In this document: positions 9,156-19,200 of the stretch, piece after piece
Layout of the letters: each line of letters starts with the position of its first letter
Numbering within the stretch: position 1 is the stretch's first letter
NCBI GenBank assembly: GCA_048882485.1
Contig: JBHLRP010000018.1
Location: 1-49,116 of the forward strand
Reading direction: 5' to 3'
Origin: Candidatus Thorarchaeota archaeon
Lineage (GTDB): Archaea; Asgardarchaeota; Thorarchaeia; Thorarchaeales; Thorarchaeaceae
Length of the DNA: 49,116 nucleotides
Notes under the pieces: generated by a model
Databases searched by the model: none
Seen by the model: only the letters and a program-made list of their open reading frames with translations
Told to the model about the DNA's origin: nothing
Position numbers and translations under genes: made by a program

Positions 9156-10850
9156 ATGGTAGAGAGATCAGAACTTGAATCAACGCGTGCCGAGGGAGCT
9201 CCTGCATTTGTGGAAGAAGCGTATTTCTCAGGAGCTAGACTAGGAGAGGCCATTGATTGGTGCATAGCTCGAAATGACCGTGAGCTGCATATTGATGTTC
9301 AAGGCACGCTAACGTCTAGTGGAAGAGAGGTCAAGTTCAAGGGTCGAATTCTCAAGGTAAAGAAAGGAGTTCTCACCAGGAGAATTGCGGTGTACGTGGA
9401 GGAAGATTTGAGACGGAGGAGAAGAGGCGATCTCGACCTTGTCCTGACAGTGGGTGGAGATAGTGCAACGCAAGAGGATGTTGCAGCCACTGAGATAACC
9501 CTGCAGAACTATCTAAAGAGAAACCTGTCAGAAGAGCTATACTACGATGGAAGAGACCTACAGCAAGCCGTGAAAGATCTGATTCGGATTAAGAGCGAAC
9601 AGAGCCTATGTACTGTATGGGGTAAGAGAGCCTCAGATCATCTTCCAATTATGATTACAGGAAATGTGATAGGGTTCTCCACCGAAGCTCTCCAACCAAG
9701 GAGAGGTACAATCCTTCCTGAGGGCTTTCTTGAGGTGCGAGTTGAGCCCGAGGGTGTGATTGGGGACCCGAAGATTTACCTTGTTGCACAGCCTCAGCTG
9801 CTTCTTGGCCCTAGATCGAATCCTAATCTCACGATTATCGCAGACAAAGTATACATTCAGCCCTTTGCATGGAAGGAGGCTCCCGCCTATAGAGATGTGT
9901 TAGAGGCACGAAACCTCACTGTGAAACTGAAGAGCGGTCAGAAGCTAATCGAGAATGTGTCCTTTGCATTGCAGGAGGGGGAGATGCTGGCCATAATTGG
10001 GGAGAGCGGAGCAGGCAAGTCAACAACTGTAAAAGCACTCATTGGAGACATACCAAGCACCGGGGTTTCTAGGATTGCTGGTATAGACTCACGACAGACC
10101 TCAAAGGTGCGTCACTTCTTTGGATACTGTCCCCAAGACCTATCGTACATGTATGAGACCTTCACACCACTTGAGAATATCATCGCTTTCGGAAAGCAAT
10201 ACGACATTCCTGAATGGCAGCTGATTCAGAGGGGGAAGGCGCTCCTCAGAGACTTTGGCATCCTCGACAAGGGGAACAACGCCACGAAGGAACTCAGCGG
10301 CGGTGAGCAGCGCAGAGCCTCAATCTCAGTTGCAATGGGTCATATGCCAAAAGTGCTGCTCATGGATGAACCTACCAGCGGTCTTGATCCGGACAATAGA
10401 ACCGAACTATGGCAATATCTCAACTATATTAACCAAGAGTACGGCACCTCCATAATAGTGATTACTCACTATCCAATCGAGTCCGAGTTCTGCGATAAGG
10501 TAGCAGTCTTCATGAGAGGCAAAAGTCTGGTTTCATACGGTAGTCCTAGAAGCCTAAAGGAGTCTATGCCAAACAATGGATTCTCAGTAGGAGTTGTGTT
10601 GGAAGAAGTCGATCCTCGGGCAAGAAAGACCCTCGAAGCCATCAAGGGCGTTCGGTTTGTGCTGCAACGTGGAGAGTTGCTAAAGGTATTCACAGATGAC
10701 CCACTAGAAGTCATTGCAGAGAGATGTGTCAGCGCACTGAAGGAAAAGGAGATTCCAGTCAAGATTGTCAAAACGAAAGCCGTCGCAGATATGGTTGATT
10801 ATTACATTGCAATTACTCGGAGCCTCATTCAAGGCACATTAGAGAAGTGA
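9156..10850 (+). CDS. ABC transporter ATP-binding protein with ~240-aa N-terminal extension resembling tandem TrmB sugar-binding C-terminal subdomains
   Basis: Walker A GESGAGKS, Q-loop YCPQD, signature LSGGE, Walker B LLMDE and H-loop ITH are all intact. The N-terminus contains AIDW..RELHIDVQG...SGR...GRIL...VGGDSATQEDVAATEITL. ATG 9156 follows an AGGTGA RBS (alternative GTG 9147). Confidence 0.88.
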   Translation: MVERSELESTRAEGAPAFVEEAYFSGARLGEAIDWCIARNDRELHIDVQGTLTSSGREVKFKGRILKVKKGVLTRRIAVYVEEDLRRRRRGDLDLVLTVGGDSATQEDVAATEITLQNYLKRNLSEELYYDGRDLQQAVKDLIRIKSEQSLCTVWGKRASDHLPIMITGNVIGFSTEALQPRRGTILPEGFLEVRVEPEGVIGDPKIYLVAQPQLLLGPRSNPNLTIIADKVYIQPFAWKEAPAYRDVLEARNLTVKLKSGQKLIENVSFALQEGEMLAIIGESGAGKSTTVKALIGDIPSTGVSRIAGIDSRQTSKVRHFFGYCPQDLSYMYETFTPLENIIAFGKQYDIPEWQLIQRGKALLRDFGILDKGNNATKELSGGEQRRASISVAMGHMPKVLLMDEPTSGLDPDNRTELWQYLNYINQEYGTSIIVITHYPIESEFCDKVAVFMRGKSLVSYGSPRSLKESMPNNGFSVGVVLEEVDPRARKTLEAIKGVRFVLQRGELLKVFTDDPLEVIAERCVSALKEKEIPVKIVKTKAVADMVDYYIAITRSLIQGTLEK

Positions 10851-10854
10851 TACA

Positions 10855-13800
10855 ATGATCAGGGTCCATCAGAAGAGAGCATTGGTATGGAGAAGACTCC
10901 TCGCCTGTTCAATGATGGCGCTAATGCTAGTGAGTGGCATTGCAGGCATAATACCAGTTGGACCTCAAGCCGCTGTTAGGGACCCTATGAGCAAGATTGA
11001 CAGTCTACTCCTAAATGAAACGGACTCAGAAGATTCGCTGGACCTTCTTGTTACTTATGACACTGCTGCAAGTGAGACCAAGGCTCGCAATGCATTGGCA
11101 CTATTAGATAGGACAGCAGAGGTCCTTGACACCTTTGATGAACTGAACATGATTCGGGTGAAACTCGTTGGAAGGGCCATTTCGCAACTTGCTGAAGAGG
11201 ACTTCATCACAGGCATTTGGTCTAATGAGGTACAGACAATTTCTCAGCCCAGGTCCTTCTCTGGGTCAAGTGCATCTTCGGATGAGTATGCATCGCCGGT
11301 CAACACGACCGGAGCGAGGCAATTATGGGACCAGGGCTACAATGGCACAGGGGTGGTCATAGCCGTCTTAGACACGGGTGTCGATACGAGCCATGAAGAT
11401 GTGAATAAAGTCAATGCCTTTGCCTCTTTTGTTGAAGCAGACACTCTACCTACAGACATAATTGGCCATGGAACCTATGCGGCATCCATAGCAGCAGGCA
11501 CTGGCAATATGTCCAATGGCGTCTATACAGGTATAGCTCCTGGTGCCACTTTGCTTTCAGCAAAAGTAACACTGGGAGGCCTCTTCGCTGCCCCGAGTTG
11601 GATAGTATCAGGAATCGAATGGGCAAGTAGCAGGGGAGCAGACATCATTCTCCTTCCATTCAATACATTTGGTGCTCCGGGAGATGCTGTGACGCTTGCG
11701 GTAAAGGAGGCCACTGAGAAGGGCATCCTTGTTGTTGCAGCTTCAGGAGACGATGGCCCTGACTACTTGACAATAATGTCGCCTGGTGGCTCAGCAGAAG
11801 CGTTGACTGTTGGAGCTTATGATACTGCGAAGCAAGAAATCCCTGATTTCTCTGGAAGAGGTCCATCCCTGTCCTTTTTGACCAAACCTGACCTCGTTGC
11901 ACCGGGTGTCGGCATTGTTGGTGCCAAGATGGGCGTAGGTCTTGGAGGTTTAGGATTTGGCGGTCTGGATATGGGAGGGCTTGGAGACATCTCCGGACTC
12001 CTAGGAGGAGGGTTCCTTGGAGAGACAATTGATGAGAATTATACAATCGCTGACACCACAACAGCATCTGCAGCAATCGTTGCGGGTGCCGCAGCGATTC
12101 TGATGCAGGCCTTTGATAGGGCGACTCCGCTGGTTCTCTCCAATGTCCTTCGCGACACAGCCATTTCTATTGGATATGGAGCAAATGATGGGGGTGCAGG
12201 CTTGCTGAATCTGCCAGCAGCTTTCGAATACCTCGCAGCGCGACAGACTCCAATTGAACCTCACAACAGGACCACTGGAACTCCATTGCTGGCCTTGGGA
12301 ATTGTCACGGCATCAGGAACAGACGCCTCTACCATTCTTTTGATGAGCAGTTTTGGCACCACTGTTGCAGGCTTAGATACACGAGCCGGACAGGACGCCA
12401 GCATACACATCATGATGGGCATGTTCGCGCTAAGATGGGGAAACAGAGATCCAACAAATCTCATGGAGTTCGCTGTAAAGAGTGAGATGCATCAAGTTTC
12501 ACTTGGTTCTGGGGACTATGGCTACTCGCGATATGTTGGTGTGCTATCATACGACGATGAGATCTACACTGCGCTAGTCGTCGAGTCCTATAATCTCACA
12601 GACTATTCAGACCAGCCACTCACGGCTTTTAGAGTCACACCGTATATTCTCAATCTAGGACTAGCTCCGGTTGATAATGTCAGTTTGTTCCTCTCATACA
12701 GTCTTGACATATTTGGTGATGGTGAAGATGACCATGGTAAATATGACCTAAATGATGAAGAGCTCTTTGTTTATGGTGTCAATGAGAACCTTGACAATTT
12801 CTACTTTGGATTGAACTCGAGCATTCCATTGGCTGGATTCGAAGTGGGAAACTCCTCAGAAATCTCTTCCAGCGTGTCAAATGATAATCTAACGAGCTCA
12901 ACCACGTTCGATGGCTCAGTTGGACTTGCAATGAAATGGGACTTTGGTGTTTTGCCAATCAATCAACCAGCTAATGTGACAATCGCAATGGGTTTCGGGG
13001 AGAACAGGACTGTGATGGATGCCTCCATAGAGGCAATGTGGGACCTTGACCCTATTACGACAGGAGCTCCTGAGGATGACCTCATTGTTGTGGAAGCGGA
13101 GATACCAAGAATCGCGCAGTTGGGAGAAACATACGAGTCAAAAGCTGTCGTGATGAATATTGGATGGAATGTCAGTGATGTGACCGCGGCAATGCTCATT
13201 CTCCATCCTGAGGATGATGGATCGTCATTGTACGGACGAATCTTCTCATTCGACGGAGTAAATCCGTTCCAGGCTGTGACGATGACGGCGGAGTGGAGTC
13301 CGGAGAAGATGGGAATGAACACGGTATACTGGGTCACGGCCGGTAATATCGATGATGCACTCTCATTATCCACAGGCTCACTTCTCGCAGCCGGACTTGA
13401 TTTATCGGCGATAATTGGACTCCTCGATAACTTCATGATGCGCGATTTGTTTGTCGTCACTCCACTGCCATCTTCATCGGTCTTTCCGAAAGACATCCCA
13501 TTTGCACCCTTTGACATTCACTTTCCCGCAGATTTCGGACTCTACACATTTGTAGTTTCCACCAATGTGCCCTTGGGCAACCTCACGGTGCAGAAGCATG
13601 GCAATGCGAGCGACTGGGGCAACACCACCTTGAACAGCATGGATAATGTCGTAGGATACTACAACTTCTCATTGTTTCTTCTTGCTCCTCCAATCACAAT
13701 AGACGGCTATCACCGATGCGACTATGTAATTGAAACCGACCACGGTTGGACCACCAATATCACTCTTGATAGAGAACTTGAGTACCCGAGAGCTATGATG

Positions 13801-15225
13801 ATGCTCGACACATCCCATGGAGGCGGCTTATCCTTTGGAGGCCTTGCTGACGGATTTGACATAGGAGGTGATGTTGGTGGAGGTTTCGGAAGCTTCCCTG
13901 CTTCAATGCAGGATGATGATTCCAGCGATGACGATCCATTGAGTGGCGGCTTCAGCCTTGGAGACCTCAGCGATCTCGGATCACTAACAGGATTGCTGGA
14001 TTCTTTCCGAATGACAACATTCTCCGGTCTATCGAATCTCAAGAAGGAAATGGGTGCCAAAGGACTTGATCTAGTTGAAACTCCTGGGATGCCCCTGGAT
14101 GAAGACCTCTTAACTCAGTTCTCAGCTGTCTTCATGTTCAGTCCTACTGAGGAGTTCAACAGCACCGAAGTCAGCATACTTCGCAACTATACTGCTGGCG
14201 GAGGTAAGTTAGCCATTTTTGGAGATGTGGACGGTAACGCCAATCTGACTGCCATAAACCAACTCCTTGCACCATTTGGCTATTCAATGGAAGGAGAGCA
14301 TTCGCAAGAGAACACGACAGATATTGTCCAAAGCTCATTCCTTGGTGCGGGGGTGGACTCCATCTGGCTCGGAGAAGGAACCTTCATTATGCAAAACCAA
14401 TCACTAGCTTGTGCAAGAGTGTTGGACAAATCGGTCATACTGCTTGACAGAACCAGACCAGAACTAGTACTCTTTGGTTCATCGAAGATCTTCATGAACA
14501 AGAATTTGGTTAAGAATAATAACAGCATCCTATTAGACAACCTGAATGAGTACTTGCTTCTCAACACACTGACAGGGGTAGCTAGCCTTTCAGAAGACAC
14601 GACACGATATCCTGCGGGTCAGAGTGTGTATCTCAACCTCGATGTCACAGACTATTATGGAAATCCAGTGAATGACCTATTTGTTGTCATTGTATTTGAG
14701 CTCCCCAATGGCACTCTTGCTTTCTTTATCGCGGGCTTTGTTGGAAACGGTCTGTATTCATCGCAATTCATTCAAACATACTGGAATGGCCCGGGTGTTA
14801 TCCACGGGATATTCATCATTTTAGGTGAGGAAGACTATGCCAACACCTATGCTGGGATAACCTTTGAATTGTATGAACCTGATGCAACTACACCTCCACC
14901 TGGCCCAGACTCGCTTTTGACACTGGCACAAATAGCTGCGATAGCATCGGTCAGCATTTTCCTTGCACTGATTGTGAGCCTCATCTACAACCGACGACGA
15001 CAGAGAAAGAGAATGCGTATTGTTGATATCGACATGGACCTTGTCCGAGAAATAGACACCACTTTGAACACGCTTCTTGCAGCTTTCACTCAAATTGAGC
15101 TTCTGATTCAGAGAGAGGACTTAGACCGTCTCCAAAAAATAGAGGCATTAAGAGGCTTAATGGTGACAGTAGAAGAGGGTCGCAAGCTGTTTGAAAAAGT
15201 CAGCGACAAGGTCGGAGGTGTGTAA
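10855..15225 (+). CDS. Membrane-anchored S8 subtilisin-like protein with non-canonical active site (Ser->Thr), GIFT/DUF4350-like domain, C-terminal TM and cytoplasmic helical tail
   Basis: Signal peptide, I9-like prodomain, VAVLDTG, GHGT, VAASGD, FSGRGP, KPDLVAPG, then DTTTASAAIVAGAAA in place of GTSMAxPxVAG. Later MLDTSHG...SPTEEF..EVSILRNYTAGGGKLAIFGD...INQLLAPFG, a TM and RRRQRKR. Confidence 0.85.
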   Translation: MIRVHQKRALVWRRLLACSMMALMLVSGIAGIIPVGPQAAVRDPMSKIDSLLLNETDSEDSLDLLVTYDTAASETKARNALALLDRTAEVLDTFDELNMIRVKLVGRAISQLAEEDFITGIWSNEVQTISQPRSFSGSSASSDEYASPVNTTGARQLWDQGYNGTGVVIAVLDTGVDTSHEDVNKVNAFASFVEADTLPTDIIGHGTYAASIAAGTGNMSNGVYTGIAPGATLLSAKVTLGGLFAAPSWIVSGIEWASSRGADIILLPFNTFGAPGDAVTLAVKEATEKGILVVAASGDDGPDYLTIMSPGGSAEALTVGAYDTAKQEIPDFSGRGPSLSFLTKPDLVAPGVGIVGAKMGVGLGGLGFGGLDMGGLGDISGLLGGGFLGETIDENYTIADTTTASAAIVAGAAAILMQAFDRATPLVLSNVLRDTAISIGYGANDGGAGLLNLPAAFEYLAARQTPIEPHNRTTGTPLLALGIVTASGTDASTILLMSSFGTTVAGLDTRAGQDASIHIMMGMFALRWGNRDPTNLMEFAVKSEMHQVSLGSGDYGYSRYVGVLSYDDEIYTALVVESYNLTDYSDQPLTAFRVTPYILNLGLAPVDNVSLFLSYSLDIFGDGEDDHGKYDLNDEELFVYGVNENLDNFYFGLNSSIPLAGFEVGNSSEISSSVSNDNLTSSTTFDGSVGLAMKWDFGVLPINQPANVTIAMGFGENRTVMDASIEAMWDLDPITTGAPEDDLIVVEAEIPRIAQLGETYESKAVVMNIGWNVSDVTAAMLILHPEDDGSSLYGRIFSFDGVNPFQAVTMTAEWSPEKMGMNTVYWVTAGNIDDALSLSTGSLLAAGLDLSAIIGLLDNFMMRDLFVVTPLPSSSVFPKDIPFAPFDIHFPADFGLYTFVVSTNVPLGNLTVQKHGNASDWGNTTLNSMDNVVGYYNFSLFLLAPPITIDGYHRCDYVIETDHGWTTNITLDRELEYPRAMMMLDTSHGGGLSFGGLADGFDIGGDVGGGFGSFPASMQDDDSSDDDPLSGGFSLGDLSDLGSLTGLLDSFRMTTFSGLSNLKKEMGAKGLDLVETPGMPLDEDLLTQFSAVFMFSPTEEFNSTEVSILRNYTAGGGKLAIFGDVDGNANLTAINQLLAPFGYSMEGEHSQENTTDIVQSSFLGAGVDSIWLGEGTFIMQNQSLACARVLDKSVILLDRTRPELVLFGSSKIFMNKNLVKNNNSILLDNLNEYLLLNTLTGVASLSEDTTRYPAGQSVYLNLDVTDYYGNPVNDLFVVIVFELPNGTLAFFIAGFVGNGLYSSQFIQTYWNGPGVIHGIFIILGEEDYANTYAGITFELYEPDATTPPPGPDSLLTLAQIAAIASVSIFLALIVSLIYNRRRQRKRMRIVDIDMDLVREIDTTLNTLLAAFTQIELLIQREDLDRLQKIEALRGLMVTVEEGRKLFEKVSDKVGGV

Positions 15226-15226
15226 G

Positions 15227-16210
15227 ATGTCAGAAGCTCCGCATCCTGAGAGGGAAATTGATATCCAAGACCTAAAGGTGGCCTTTGGAGATTTCTACGC
15301 ACTCAAGGGCGTATCATTCTATGCAAACAAGAAAGAGTTTCTCGGCATCATTGGAGCCTCAGGAGCCGGGAAGACGACAGTCCTTCGAGTGCTGACTGGT
15401 CAGATTAGCCCGACAGATGGAATGGCACACGTAGGAGGATACGATGTCACGAGACAGGAGAAACTCATTAGCCTCCTTGTAGGATATGTGCCACAGTTGG
15501 AGCATCTGAGTCTCTATTATGATTTCACAGCAATACAGAATGCCGAGTTCTTTGGCCGATGTTTTGGCATGAGACCGAAAGAGATTGAGGCACGTGCCCG
15601 AAATATACTGGAGATCCTCGGTTTTGACGAGGAGCTGATGACCAAGGCAGTAAAGCGTCTGTCAGGTGGCGAGAGAAAGAGAGTCTCAATCTGCCTTGGT
15701 ATGATTCACGATCCACCTGTACTTCTACTCGATGAGCCCACAACAGGCTTGGACGCACACCTGAGACACGAGACCCTGAACTACCTGAAGGAGCTCAACT
15801 TTGAGCTTGGGACAACTATGGTGATTATCTCACACGACCTTGAGATTGTCGACTACTGCACTCGGGTGTGTCTGCTTGAACATGGACTTGTAAGCCAGTT
15901 TGGAACGCCTGAGGAGCTCATCTCTACCCTCCCAGGAAGGGGAGAAAGCATCAGAGTTGTATTGCCCTCGCTTTCACAGACAATTGTAGATCGTTTGGCG
16001 ACTGCGCCAGGGGTACAATTCACAGCTATGGCAGGGAGAAATGCCATGAAGCTGTTCATCGACAATCCAAGCGATCAGATACTTCCACTCATCAAGGTGA
16101 TGAATCAGAGGAAGGTTCCCTTTGAAGAGATATCCGTCGTAGAGGCGGACTTCTTTGACTATTTCCAAGTCAAACCTTGGAAGACGAAAACAGGAGAGAG
16201 TGCAACATGA
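15227..16210 (+). CDS. ABC transporter ATP-binding protein (DrrA/NodI-like, with C-terminal extension)
   Basis: GASGAGKT, YVPQ, LSGGE, LLLDEPTTGLD, ISH. ATG 15227 lies 1 nt after the S8 stop, downstream of GGAGGTG. Confidence 0.92.
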   Translation: MSEAPHPEREIDIQDLKVAFGDFYALKGVSFYANKKEFLGIIGASGAGKTTVLRVLTGQISPTDGMAHVGGYDVTRQEKLISLLVGYVPQLEHLSLYYDFTAIQNAEFFGRCFGMRPKEIEARARNILEILGFDEELMTKAVKRLSGGERKRVSICLGMIHDPPVLLLDEPTTGLDAHLRHETLNYLKELNFELGTTMVIISHDLEIVDYCTRVCLLEHGLVSQFGTPEELISTLPGRGESIRVVLPSLSQTIVDRLATAPGVQFTAMAGRNAMKLFIDNPSDQILPLIKVMNQRKVPFEEISVVEADFFDYFQVKPWKTKTGESAT

Positions 16211-19200
16211 GACACAGAGATATTCTCTTGGCACTGGCATTTGTGTTGATTCTGGCTGGGCTATCGACGGTAGCAGGAGACCCGTCGGTACAACCTTCAG
16301 CGATGTTACAACGAGGAGGCTCGGCTGCACTCTCAGACCTTACACCGTTTGACGTCGCGGAGGTATGGACTGAAGCAACAGGTTCCCAAGTGGTCGCTGT
16401 CGTCGTTGATAACTTCGATGCGGATGCTCTTGATGAGGTTGCGATGGTCACACAGAATGCAACACTATACCTCTATGACTCTGACGGTGCACTGGTCTGG
16501 CGGCTGAATATCACTGACACACCTTATGCGATGGTTTCTCTTGCCATCAATGCTGGCAGCGTGATGGAGTTGCTCATAGGCACAAGCAACGGCTTTCTTG
16601 TCATAGATTCAGGACAGAATATTCTCACTGATGTCACCTTGCCCAATGCGGCACGGGCTGTAGTTGGTGCTGATGTGGATGGTGACTCTCTTGATGAGGT
16701 CGTGGTTGGTTGTGACAACAATAGAGTCTACGCATATGATGTGTCTGGTACCGAACTCTGGAATCACCCTAGCAATGGACAAGTTCGGGTCGTTGCGGCG
16801 GCAGACATCGACGCGGACTTGAGCGATGAAGTTCTTGCTGGTTCGGAACTGGGCAGATTCTCCCTTCTGGACAACGGCGGAGGAGTTATCTTTGAGGTCA
16901 CCGGACTTTCACCAATCAGGAAGGTAGACACAGGCAACATCGATGGTGCCGGCGAGGACGAGGTTATCTTTGGCGCTGCAAATGGAACTCTCTGGGTCTA
17001 TACTGCAGCCGGGATATTCCAGTACTCACGAGAGGTTTCCGGTGGAATAACTGCTCTTCAGGTAGCAGACATCATTGGTGGAGTAACAGCTGAGATAGCA
17101 ATTGGCACCTCTGCAAATGAACTACGAGTCCTGGATAACACGGGCAGTCTTCTTTGGAATAAGAGCCTCGGCGGACAGGTCTCTGACATCGATTTCTTGA
17201 ATGTTGGTGGTCTGGCTACTGAACAAGTCCTTGCAGGAAGCAATGATGGCACGCTCACGATGTACAATGCCACTGGTCAACTCATCTCTCAGACCGGTCT
17301 TCCCGGATTCTCTGGATCTATGGATTTCGGTGACCTTGATAACAATGGCAAGGACGAGTTCGCCGCTGGCAACAACATTGGCCAGGTGGCTTGCTATGGT
17401 CAAGACCAGGACAAGGATCGTCTGGCTGACGCTCGAGAAACCCTCATTGAAGGCACACAGTTCAACAATCCGGACTCGGATCTTGACAAGCTGGATGATG
17501 GAGAAGAAGTTCTAGACTATGGAACAAATCCACTCGCACCTGATTCCGATTTTGACAGACTTAGCGACTTTGCTGAGGTCATCACCTATGGGACAGACCC
17601 CAATGAGCCGGATTCGGACTCTGACCTATTGACAGACTGGCAGGAGATCTATCTCGGGACCAATCCTAATGCTGCGGACAGTGATCTCGACCAATTGGAC
17701 GATTACGAGGAGAACAACATCACCCTGACCGACCCCAACGAGGCGGACTCGAATGATAATGGCATTAACGACGCGCAGGATGACAATGATGGGGATGGCC
17801 TCACTAATCTGCAGGAAGTGCGACTGACCGAAACCGACCCCAATGATGTTGACTCATCTGTTCCTAAGAATGGCATATCTGATTATTATGATGACGAGGA
17901 CTCTGACAATCTTGCCAACTGGAAGGAGATTCAAGTTGGGTCGGATCCACTTGATCCTGATTCCGACGATGATGGCCTTCTTGATGGCGCAGAAGTCAAG
18001 ATACACAAATCGTCGCCAACTGATACAGATACTGACAACGACGGCCTCAGTGATTGGGATGAGGTCAAAATCGTTGGCTCCAAGCCATATGACGCAGATT
18101 CTGACGATGACACACTGGACGATTACGAAGAGTATGTTCTCTACGGGACAAATGTCAATTTGGCAGACTCTGACTCTGATGATCTTGATGATGCTGAGGA
18201 AATTAACACCTACAACACAGATCCGTTGAATCCTGACTCTGACGCGGATACTCTCTCCGACGGCGACGAAGTTCTGATCTATGATACTGATCCCAACTCT
18301 GCAGATTCTGATCTTGACTCGCTTGATGATGCTGCAGAGATAGCATACGGTACAGATCCGAACAATCGAGACACTGATGGCGATACAATTGATGATGGTA
18401 AGGAGATTCTGCAATACAAGACAAATGCTACTCTTGTAGACAGCGACTTTGATGGCATCAAGGATCCTGATGAGATTAAGTATCTCAGTGAAGGTTTCAA
18501 TGCCTCAAATCCGCACACATTCAACCCGCTTATACTGGATTATGATATTGATCTGGATTTAGACAATCTTACAATAGGACAAGAGATCTACTTCACGCGT
18601 ACGCACCCCAATAGAACAGACTCCGATCTTGATGGGATAAGAGACGACTTGGAGGACTCCGACCTCGACGGAATAAACAACTACAATGAACTGTATGTTA
18701 CTAATACGCATCCAAGAAACCCAGATTCTGACGATGACAAAGTCAAGGATGGAGATGAGGTTCTAAAGCTGGGAACAGACCCGAATGATGATGACACTGA
18801 TGATGACTCGATATCTGATTATGACGAGGATTTTGATGAGGATAATCTGCCAAATGGAGTAGAGCTTTACATCACAAACACAAGCGCGACGAATGCGTAC
18901 ACGTACGGCGGCATCCGTGATGATGACTATGACAGCGACTCAGATTCTCTGCCAAATTACTTCGAGGTGTTCCTGAGCCAAACTGACCCACTGTACAACG
19001 ACACGAATGACAATGGCATCTATGACTGGGAGGAAGACCCAGACGGTGATGAACTCACTAACCTTGAAGAGCTGATTTGGGACACAGACCCCCTAGATGC
19101 GGATTCTGACAATGACCAGCTTACTGATGCTGAAGAGGTCTTTGATACTCACACCGACCCCAATGACAGTGATGACGATGATGATGGCACTCTTGATGGC

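Noticed and set aside
12963-14600. - strand ORFs of 106-184 aa within the S8 gene (likewise 3317-3754 in pruA and 44443-44910 in the ADH)
   Set aside because: Shadow ORFs opposite well-supported genes.
10855-15225. S8 gene as a pseudogene or intein-containing gene
   Set aside because: The ORF is uninterrupted with intact signal peptide and anchor; the insertions are Gly-rich and lack intein C/S...HN termini.
16207-17400. Calling the giant protein a true integrin-alpha or BBS2 ortholog
   Set aside because: FG-GAP-like blades are widespread in prokaryotes. No thigh/calf domains, GFFKR motif or beta-integrin partner are seen, so orthology cannot be supported without phylogeny.
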